Assembly (NCBI GenBank): GCA_031835245.2
Contig: JAVKOQ020000037.1
Coordinates: forward strand, 62,001-126,000
Direction: 5' to 3'
Length of the DNA: 64,000 bases
Origin: Balamuthia mandrillaris
Lineage: Eukaryota
Position 1 is the stretch's first letter; the number at the start of each line of letters is the position of its first letter. Position numbers and translations under genes: made by a program. Below the pieces are notes generated by a model. That model worked only from the letters and a program-made list of their open reading frames with translations, was not told the DNA's origin and did no database searches. Below are positions 55,327 to 64,000 of the stretch, one piece after another.

Positions 55327-55359
<33 letters not shown>

Positions 55360-56686
55360 AACTCCCTCTTCTTTTGTTAAATAATGTTTCCGTACCTGTG
55401 AAAAGGTCTCGTTCCAGTGGTTGTGGAGAACAAGTTAGAAGGAGATGAGGTTCGGACGGACATGGAAGCTTTGGAACGAGAAATTGTGGAACGAGGACCT
55501 GACTCCATCCTTTGCGTTCTCTCCACCTCTAGTTGCTTTGCTCCTCGTGCTCCTGATAGGTTCTCTTCTCACTCCTTCTCTTTGCCTCATCCTTTGCTCT
55601 CATTCTTACCTTCCTTCCCACGATCGCCATCAGAATAGTAGAAATCGCACAACTCTGCAAGCGTTACAACATTGGCCACATCGTCAACAACGCCTACGGC
55701 CTCCAAGCCACCAAATCCACCCATCTCATCTCCGAAGGCTGTCGCGTGGGCCGAGTGGATGCTTTCGTGCAAAGCACTGACAAGAACTTTATGGTGCCCG
55801 TGGGCGGCGCCATCGTGGCCGGCACCGATAAGGCCTTCATTCGAGCCATCAGCACGAGCTATCCTGGGAGAGCATCGGCCTCCCCCGTTTTGGACCTTTT
55901 TATCACGTTGTTGTCGCTTGGTAGAAACGGTTATTCTAGATTGTTGAAGGAACGAAAGGTAAGAAGCTTTCCATTGTTCCTTCTTCTTATTCTGCTTCTT
56001 GTTCTGCTTTGTGCGTTCCCCTTTTCTTAGCTGTGAGAAATAGGAAAACTTTGGATACTTTACAAGTAAACTGAGCGAGTTTGCTTCGGAGCATGGCGAG
56101 CGGCTTCTCCAGACGCCCAACAACCCAATCTCCTTTGGTACTGCTTCCACCCTCTTCTTCCCTCTCTCTCTCTTTCCTTTGCTCACGTGCCTTGACAGGC
56201 ATCACCTTGAGCCAACTTGAAGACAAACAGCCGCAAGGAGCAACCATGTTAGGCTCCATGCTCTTCTCGCGCTGCTGTTCTGGCACAAGGTTCCTTTTTT
56301 CCTCTTCTTCTTGTGCTCTTCTCTTATTCTCTCCACACATTCTCTTTCTCTCTCTTCTCTCCAGAGAGAAGAAAGAAAGCAAGAAAGAAGAGCTAACCCG
56401 CCCATAACGAAAAAATAAAAGAACGGTTGGCAAAGGAGCAAAGAAAGAGATCGGTGGCTTCACGTTTGCAGACTATGGCATGCATCTGGAGGGATATCCA
56501 ACGGCATACCTCAGCGCGGCGTGCAGCATCGGCCTCCGCAAACACGACATCGACCTCTTTTTACAGCGCTTGCGCAAAGCGCTCGCGCGCCGTCAAAAGC
56601 AACTGGCAAGCAGCAAGAACGAAGAGAACGAGGAAGAGGGAGGAAAGGTGGCGGAAGATAAAAGTAAAGGAGGACAAGCAAAATAA
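54331..56686 (+). CDS. SEPSECS: O-phosphoseryl-tRNA(Sec) selenium transferase
   Basis: [62 protein letters not shown]. Confidence 0.97.
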
Positions 56687-56716
56687 AAAGTGGATCGAAC
56701 AACTCCGTGTGAAGAG

Positions 56717-56754
<38 letters not shown>

Positions 56755-57164
56755 TAGGAAGGGGATGTGATACGGCGGAACAAGCGTTTTATTTCTGTAT
56801 TTTTGTTTCTCCTTCTGGGCCAAAACAAATAGAGATAAAGGCTTGCACGCCGTCAAGGGGAAGGTCTTTCGCGCTGCTTCTTGCTCTAATAATAAAAAAA
56901 AACATAACCACAATTAGTACCAGATCAAAAGAGTCGGCATGATTTTCTTAAAAAATGTTGGATGGAGAGGAAAGATCAAAAAAAAAATCGAAAGGGGGAA
57001 AAGTAGAAATCATAACAAAAGAGATAAAAGGGGGAACAAATAAAACAATAAAAGGCAGTGTGAAAACGGGAAGAGATGGGCTAGTGGTACAAGTGGAAAA
57101 GAAGAGGAGAGAGAAAAGGGAATGGAATAAAAAACGAACCAAGAGAGAGGAAATCTGTGTGTAT

Positions 57165-57539
57165 TTAAGAGCTCTTGACAGCGTACACCCTCTGGGGCCA
57201 GTGAGCCTGCTTCTTCTGTTGGCGGGGAGTGAGGGCGTTGGCCTGCTTGGTGGTGAGACGACGACGGATGGCGCGGGTCTTCTTGATTCGCAGGTCAAGG
57301 GGCTTGAAGTGCTTGCCGCGGTAGAACTGCTTGAGTTGAGCCCGGGTGTTCTGGTTGATGACGGTGTTGACGCGCGCTACGCTCTTCCTGACCTCCTTGA
57401 TCTTGGCCAGCTTGGAGGGGGCGCCGCCAGTCACCTTCTGGACGCGGAGGCTGGCAAGCTCGGTCTTCAAGTCACCGAGTTGCTTGAGCAGTTCAGTCTT
57501 GTCCTTCTTGCGGAGCTCGTGAGCCTTGACCTTCACCAT
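57165..57539 (-). CDS. RPL35: 60S ribosomal protein L35 (uL29)
   Basis: 124-aa [11 protein letters not shown]...[13 protein letters not shown]...[17 protein letters not shown]. Confidence 0.97.
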   Translation of the reverse strand: MVKVKAHELRKKDKTELLKQLGDLKTELASLRVQKVTGGAPSKLAKIKEVRKSVARVNTVINQNTRAQLKQFYRGKHFKPLDLRIKKTRAIRRRLTTKQANALTPRQQKKQAHWPQRVYAVKSS

Positions 57540-58058
57540 CTTTGTCTTTTTTGATTTGGGATCTCAAAAAAAAAAAAAATCCTCTCTCTCTCGCGCGCAC
57601 GCTTGCTTTTGGCTGAGTGTTAAAAAAAAATTGAATGCTTTTTTTTTTGGCCGACAAAAAAAGAGAAAGAAAGTGGAAACCAAAAAAAATCATTGCGGAG
57701 TTATGCCACCCAATAAGGAGTAAGATCATTCAAAACGACCCCTCATTTCGATTAATGATCTCGGAGGCACCAAGTGATTTCGTGTCGTCATGATGGACAA
57801 AAGAAAATAGCAAGCCAAAAGGCACATGTGCTCTTGTTGGTTGATATAGGATCCCGTTTGGGTTGTCTGCAACAGACCCACCCACTCACAGGAAGGCTGC
57901 TATGCCAGGCCGACAATATCTTTAAAAACAAACAAAGGAATAAACAAAGAACAAACGAGTAAGTTGTTCAAATAAATAAAGGTTGTATTTTTTTTTACAC
58001 GATATCGCGTTTGTACAGTTTACGTTTACATATTCGCTTTTCTCTCTTCCTTCGACTC

Positions 58059-58691
58059 TTAAAACAGAGAGCACTTTTCCCGCATGTTCTTCTTGTTCTT
58101 CTTTTGCTTCTTGCCATTTCCTGCACCTTTGCTGCCATTAAGCTCCTCATCCCGCTGCGCAATGACCTCCCTGACCAACTCGAAGAAGGCCTCGTTGACG
58201 TTGACCCTGCCCTTGGCGCTGGTCTCCACGAAGCGCGCGCCCATACTCTTGGCCAGCTCGCTACCCTCGAATGTCGACACGGCACGTCTATTTTCCAGGT
58301 CACACTTATTGCCGACGATAGTCAGGGGCACCCTCTCCTTATCCGTTGCCCGCAGGATCTGCTCCTTGAAGATGGGGACCTCCTCAAAGGTGCTGCGCTC
58401 GGTGATGTCGTAGACGAGGAGGAAGCCCTGGCCGGTGCGCATGTATTGGTCCCGCATGGCGCCATACTCCTCCTGCCCGGCCGTGTCCAAGATGTCCAGG
58501 AAGCAGACGTTGCCATCCACACTGATTTGCTTGCGGTAGGAGTCCTCGATGGTGGGGTCATACTCCTCGATCCATTGACAGGAGACGAGCTGAATGGTGA
58601 GGCAGGACTTGCCCACGGCGCCAGGACCCAGCACCACCAGCTTGAAGTGGTTGTCCTTGGAGAGCACGTTGGTTGCAGCAGCGGAGGCCAT
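58059..58691 (-). CDS. Ras-family small GTPase
   Basis: [36 protein letters not shown], polybasic tail and CSLF CaaX; intronless. Confidence 0.96.
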   Translation of the reverse strand: MASAAATNVLSKDNHFKLVVLGPGAVGKSCLTIQLVSCQWIEEYDPTIEDSYRKQISVDGNVCFLDILDTAGQEEYGAMRDQYMRTGQGFLLVYDITERSTFEEVPIFKEQILRATDKERVPLTIVGNKCDLENRRAVSTFEGSELAKSMGARFVETSAKGRVNVNEAFFELVREVIAQRDEELNGSKGAGNGKKQKKNKKNMREKCSLF

Positions 58692-58908
58692 CGTTGATAA
58701 ACTATATCGTTTTCAGAAAGTAACGGTTGCTTTTGTTTGTTATGGTTTGAAAACCACAAGGTTGAAGTTGAACAGAAAAGATTGTTTTATCTGCTGTTTA
58801 AATACCTGTAATGCTCCTATTTTTAACTCCTGCTCTGATTGGAGGTTATTTTTGGAACAACTTTCTGGTAGATTTCGTTGCTTAGTGAGCTCAAGCTCTG
58901 CACTGCAA

Positions 58909-58932
58909 ATTTTCATGACGACATGAATATAT
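58909..58932. promoter_or_regulatory. Palindromic upstream motif in the Ras/UBX divergent promoter
   Basis: TTCATGACGACATGAA about 45 nt upstream of the UBX ATG; near-identical to 7214-7237. Confidence 0.6.
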
Positions 58933-58971
58933 TCACCGAGTCGTCTGCAACAAAAGAAGACAAAAAAAAAG

Positions 58972-61130
58972 ATGGATGAGAAGAGCGATATTCTGGCCTC
59001 GTTTGTGAGCGTCACGGATGCCGATCCTGCGGTTGCAAGCGAGTTTCTGGAGGTTTTTGTTTTGTGTGTGTGTGTGTTTTTTTTTTGATGAGCATCACTT
59101 AGACTCACCGGAAAAACATTAAAATAAATAGGCTCATGGTTGGAACCTTCAACAGTCCATCGATTCGTATCTTGACGGCAATGCTTCCTCTACTTCTTCT
59201 TCCTCCGCTTCGGCCTTAACGTATGTTCTTTATGGTTTTTGCTCGTTTTCGAACAAAACTTGACGCTGATGACTGCATCCACTACGTTCTTTTTTTGTTT
59301 ACCGTTTGACAGTGACTTGATCCCGGAGGACACAGAAGACAACGTGAGAGCGCCAATCCCAGGCATCAGGCAACATGTCCTCATGGACACTCCGCAGTTT
59401 GTCCAGCGAGTGGGTCCTCCCAGCGGGTTCAACGGCAAGGCTCCACAAACCGTCTTTGAAATGTTTAGAGACTTTAGAAAGGAGGAGGAGCTCATTCAAA
59501 ATAGTACGCAATTATCTATTGTCGGTATTCTTCTTCTTGTTCTTGTTCTTCTTGTTCTTCTTGTTCTTATTGTTGTAGTTGTTGTAGTTGTCTTATGTTG
59601 TTGTTGTTGTCTTATGTTGTTGTCTTATGTTGTTGTCTTATGTTGTCTTATGTTGTTGTTGTTGTTGTTGTTGTTCTTCTTCTTCTTCTTCTTCTTCTTG
59701 TTTTGGGATTCTTGTTCTTGTCCACTTTGTGTCATTCTGCATTCTTCCTTCGCGGTTCCTTTATTTATTGTTCCACCCTCTTTGACTTTTTCATTTCCTC
59801 AATAGTGGTGGACAGAGGACGGAAGCAAGCCCAAAAGCATGGACTAAGACCAGATCAAACGGTGACAAAAGAGAAGATCAGGACCTTGGCGGACCTGTTT
59901 CGCCCTCCAGTAGAGCTGCTCTTCAACGGTGGTTTCGAGGCGGCCAAGGAAGAGGCCATACTGCAGAAGAAGTGGCTGTTGGTGAACGTGCAGGAGGTCA
60001 AAGAGTTTGAGTCACAGAGGCTAAATCGTGATACGTGGTCCTCTCCTTCTCTCAAAGGTCTCATTGCCAGCAAGTTTATTTTTTGGCAGGTACTGTTCTT
60101 TCTTTTTTTGCTGGCTCTGATTCTTATTCTTCGCTTTCTTATGCTGTTCTGTTGGATTAAAGCCATACAAAGATAGCGAAGATGCTCAGCGCTTCATGAC
60201 CTTCTATACAGTTACGTTATGTCCTCACATCGCCATTTTGGATCCACGAACAGGACAACTTATGGACTCATGGGAAGGATTCATTTCCGCTCAAGAGCTA
60301 CTGTCTCAACGTATGTTTACTTTGTTATTCTGTATCCCGTTTTCGTTTGTTTTTTCCCGTTTAAAAGCTCACTTCTGCTTGTATCTTCTGTTTGCTGTCC
60401 AAAAGTTGAAGATTTCGTTGATAACAACTCTTTGGAGGATGATGCACCTGTTGCAGTATTGAGGAATCAGCGGAGGGAAGCTACTGACTCATTTGTTACG
60501 TCTGAAACCAAAAAGAAGAAAGCCGTGGTTGATCTATCAGAGGAAGAGCAGCTTGCTGCTGCTATTGCTGCTTCTCTAGAAGGTTTTTCTTTCTTCTTTC
60601 GACCTTCCCTCTCTCTCTCTCTCTCTCTCATCTCCTTCTCTTCTCTCCCTTTATCTTACTCTCTCCTTTCTTTTCATGCATTTGCTATTTTACATGCAGA
60701 AGATAAAAAGGGTGAACCAGAACCGGAGAGAGGTAGAAAACGGAAGACCATCTCAATGAGCGAAGATGAAAATAGCGATGAGGCAGATGATTATTCTGAT
60801 GAAGAACAAGTATCCGAGGAAGATGAGGAAGAACCAAAATCACGTAACAGCGAAGATGAAGCAGAATCAGAAAAGACAACACGTAACGATACGACGAAAG
60901 AAAAACGCCACAGTGAAACAACAAGAAAAGAGGAGACGTCCCAACATCGGCCAGAGAAGCGGTTAAAAACAAAAGCAGAGAAGACACCGGAAGACACAAA
61001 AGCAGCTAGCCTTTCTACAAAAGACAATCCCACTGTACCTGATTTCGGCGAGGAAGGGTTTGCCAAAGATTGCATCCTTATGGTACAATCTGTTTTTCAT
61101 TTTTCTCCTTGGCTTGCTCTCTATTTCTAT

Positions 61131-61170
<40 letters not shown>

Positions 61171-61504
61171 ATTTTTGTTTCAAAAAAAAAAGGTCCGTTT
61201 GCCAGATGGCAGCAACTTGAAGGGCCAGTTTTCTTCCAAGGCAACACTACGGCATGTGAAGATATGGCTTGCTCGCAAACGGAAAGAACAAGGTATTACT
61301 ACTAGTTTTGACATGATGACTCCGTTTCCACGGAAAAAGTTCACAGAGGATACCTTAGACAAGACTCTGCAAGAACATGGTTCGTCATTCTTTCTTCTTC
61401 TTCTTTTGGTACTTGCTTTGCTCATGTTGTTACTATTTTCAACCAAACCCATTACAACAGAATTAGTGCCAAGAGCAGTTGTTATCTTGAACGAAACCGA
61501 ATGA
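58972..61504 (+). CDS. UBX-domain protein, UBXN7-like (UBA-UAS-UIM-UBX)
   Basis: FLE|AHGWNLQQSI, LADLFRPP, KWLLVNVQ...LNRDTWS, SEEEQLAAAIAASL, VRLPDGS...FPRK. Confidence 0.92.
59530..59720 (+). repeat. Intronic TTC/TTG/GTCTTAT low-complexity repeat
   Basis: Read directly. Confidence 0.85.
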
Positions 61505-61584
61505 AGTGCATCATTCTGTTTCTATTATTTTTTGTTAAATAGTTTTTCTTCCTTCCTTTGTCTTCAATTCCTTGCGATTTTTTT

Positions 61585-63816
61585 TCATTTTGCTTCCACT
61601 CGTAAATGAACTTTAAGTTGAGGAGGGAACAACTTTTTCATCTCATCCTCTTCTTCTTCTTTTTCTTCTTCTTTTGCAACGAATTCATCAGGGATCAATG
61701 CTGCTACCGTCACTTCCAAAGGCGCTGTTACTCGCGGTAGCACAAACACTTCCTCCTCTACTCCTTCCTTTTCTTCTTCTTTCATCAGCTTTTTCAACAT
61801 ACACCATTCTTCTAACAGCCAGAACAGCTTCTTCTTTCTTTCTGCTGTTTGTCGACTCTCAAACAGAGCCTTCCACTGATGAACGATCTCTTCTTCCAAC
61901 ATCTTAAGCACTGCAAACATTTGATGCCGCAGGTGTTCATCCCCCTTCACCACCAACAACTTCTTCGTCCAACCTCTCTTCTCTTCTCCTGCTTCTGCTT
62001 CTTCTTCTTCCTCCTTTTCCAACCAAAACTCTGGTGGTACGTTTCTAGCAAAGTAGCTCTTCAACACTTCTAACAAAGGCCCAAAGCAAGGAAAACGAAT
62101 GGCCAGCTCGCACAAGTCTTCTTTTCGAGGTTTCCACGTTTTCGTCAGGTTTCTTCCTTCGTCAATACTAAACTCGATGTTGCTGAAGGATTGATCGCCA
62201 CTATAACGAAGGAGAGCCATGCGAGACCAAACGAGTCGCAAGCACACTCGCTCAAACTTTTGCAAGAGAATCGGCTCCGGCAGCTCACAATACTCCAATT
62301 CTTCCAGGTAATCGTGGAACGTTTCTTGATCGATGTAATGCGGAGGCGAGGAAGACGCAGAGTGAAGAAGTTGTTGAAAACAGCGAAGGAGATGACGAAG
62401 AACAAAGAACTGCGGATCGTTTTCAACAGAATGAGTCATTTTGTTTTGGAACAATCGCACCAGCGTTCGAATGATCCCATCGACGTTCAAGGGCCTGTCT
62501 TCTTCTTTTTCTTCTTCGTTTTCTTCTTGTTCCATCTTCTCATTCGGTTCTTCTACTTTTTCTTCTTCAGTATCAACAATGTGATTTGCTCTATAGACGC
62601 CAACAATATCCAACGTCTCATCCCAACCTTCCTTCTTTGCCGCCGCTCTCAACAATTGTAAAAATTGTTCTTCCACTGCTCTTACTGCCGCTTCTTCTGC
62701 TGCTTCTTCCATTTTGTTTCCTTCTTCTTTCCGCAAAGAAGAAGACAGAGGAGGAAGAGGAAGAGGAAGATCTGTTTGTTGAGCAATCATCTCAATGTCC
62801 AACGCTTCACCAGGAGCAACCGGAAGACGAGAGAGATAGACGAGAATCTGATGACGACCGTCCTCCTTCCTCTCTGAGTTATGACGAAGTACGCTGCTCA
62901 ACCACCGCAACCGTCGCAACAACAACTGCCAACTTTCTGTACGCAACTTAATCTTCGTTTTGTTCTTCGTTTCTGTCTCTTCATTCATGCTGATAGTGTT
63001 CTTCTCGTCAGCTTCTTCGCCCTTGGATTGAAACATGGTGGAGGCGTTGACAAAGTATAGGGTCTTGCGAGCGTCTTTCAGGAGGTTCAACGACCGTTTT
63101 AGAATGGCTTCCAAATGATGGTCCCTTTGCGGGTGCGTTTCGTCTTTTTCTTGTTTGTGTGGTTGTTGCTCGTCCTCTGTCTTCATTGCCATCAACGAAT
63201 CTGTTTTGTTAACAAACACACAACCAAAAAAGAAAAACGCAGTGTTAGCAGAATCGAAGCGGAGAAGAGCAGAACAAGGGACTCTAAACGCACCAAGGTG
63301 ATCGCCTCCAATTTCGATGAACTGCAACACGACAAACCGCGTATCCGGTGCGAAGCAAAACTCTTTCGGTCTTTCCCCTTCGTCTCCTTTCACGATCTCC
63401 CACTCGCGCAGGAAGAACTCAAAGTCCTCTCTCGTCATCAGCACGGTCCCTCGGGCCAGGTCCGTGTCCAAAAAGGGCGGCTCGTCTCTGGCCACCTCCA
63501 GCCCCGCGCCCTGAAGAAAGCGGGAGTTGATGAACGTGCTGGTGAGCATCGGCAGGAAGGAGGTCAGCTGGAGAAAGTGTCGATCGTGGTGGTAGGTGAA
63601 GGCGTGCAGGAAGGTCGACTTGCCGGCGTTCTGATCGCCCAGCAGCAGGAAGGTGAAGATGTGCGTGCCGGAGGCGACGAGCGAGGCGAAGGGGCTGTCC
63701 AGCTCGATGACTTCCTCATGATGGAGGTCGGGCTGGTGGTAGACGCTGCGTTGGACGTAGCCGTAGTCCTTGCGCTCCACCGGAAGGTGATCTACTTTGC
63801 TCCCTGCTGGCCACAT
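61585..63816 (-). CDS. Uncharacterised P-loop-containing protein
   Basis: 743-codon ORF, probably with one in-frame intron near 63205-63290. Walker A-like FLLLGDQNAGKST; FIEIGGD. Confidence 0.75.
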   Translation of the reverse strand: MWPAGSKVDHLPVERKDYGYVQRSVYHQPDLHHEEVIELDSPFASLVASGTHIFTFLLLGDQNAGKSTFLHAFTYHHDRHFLQLTSFLPMLTSTFINSRFLQGAGLEVARDEPPFLDTDLARGTVLMTREDFEFFLREWEIVKGDEGERPKEFCFAPDTRFVVLQFIEIGGDHLGAFRVPCSALLRFDSANTAFFFFGCVFVNKTDSLMAMKTEDEQQPHKQEKDETHPQRDHHLEAILKRSLNLLKDARKTLYFVNASTMFQSKGEEADEKNTISMNEETETKNKTKIKLRTESWQLLLRRLRWLSSVLRHNSERKEDGRHQILVYLSRLPVAPGEALDIEMIAQQTDLPLPLPPLSSSLRKEEGNKMEEAAEEAAVRAVEEQFLQLLRAAAKKEGWDETLDIVGVYRANHIVDTEEEKVEEPNEKMEQEENEEEKEEDRPLNVDGIIRTLVRLFQNKMTHSVENDPQFFVLRHLLRCFQQLLHSASSSPPHYIDQETFHDYLEELEYCELPEPILLQKFERVCLRLVWSRMALLRYSGDQSFSNIEFSIDEGRNLTKTWKPRKEDLCELAIRFPCFGPLLEVLKSYFARNVPPEFWLEKEEEEEAEAGEEKRGWTKKLLVVKGDEHLRHQMFAVLKMLEEEIVHQWKALFESRQTAERKKKLFWLLEEWCMLKKLMKEEEKEGVEEEVFVLPRVTAPLEVTVAALIPDEFVAKEEEKEEEEDEMKKLFPPQLKVHLRVEAK

Positions 63817-64000
63817 CCTCTCTCCTTATTTTTATTTTATTTTTTGTGTTTTTTTCTTCTTTTTTCACTGTTTTCCTCCGAATTTCACCCAGTTTGACGA
63901 AGATATTATGAACCCTCAAGCATAGATGTCGACATAAAACAGAAAACGCTTCGATTGATTCCGATTGGTGGAAAAGAAATGAAAATTATCCGATTTACCC

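Overview
Gene-dense, intron-rich eukaryotic DNA with short GT-AG introns full of (CT)n and (TTC/TTG)n tracts. The style suggests an amoebozoan such as Balamuthia or Acanthamoeba (inference). About 22 protein genes can be reconstructed by hand: two METTL21-like methyltransferases, SGT1, DDX24/MAK5, CSN5, a RecQ helicase, a histidine phosphatase, a secreted bacterial-type hydrolase-like protein, a C1/C2/RING-H2 E3 ligase, two tandem Cys-rich secreted paralogs, an MFS transporter, two ankyrin proteins (one giant-virus-like, one fused to a DUF2199-like domain), a CHD3/Mi-2-type remodeller, a cystatin, REV3, a DEP-domain phosphatase, SEPSECS, RPL35, Ras, a UBXN7-like protein and an orphan P-loop protein. 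The strongest unexplained signal is in the long intergenic gap at 981-1943. A compositionally foreign, base-paired scaffold (about 1455-1690) holds, inside a stem-closed loop, a 49-nt segment (1584-1632) matching 50 coding nt of a gene 14.7 kb away (16287-16336) except for one missing base. This is a candidate guide or template RNA cassette. Other notable items: an intronic double-guide box C/D snoRNA, a U12-type AT-AC intron, a GC-AG intron and an 8-nt microexon in RecQ, an isolated frameshift in REV3, an inverted gene fragment between the tandem paralogs, and a recurrent palindromic upstream motif. All calls come from manual reading; no searches or folding programs were run.
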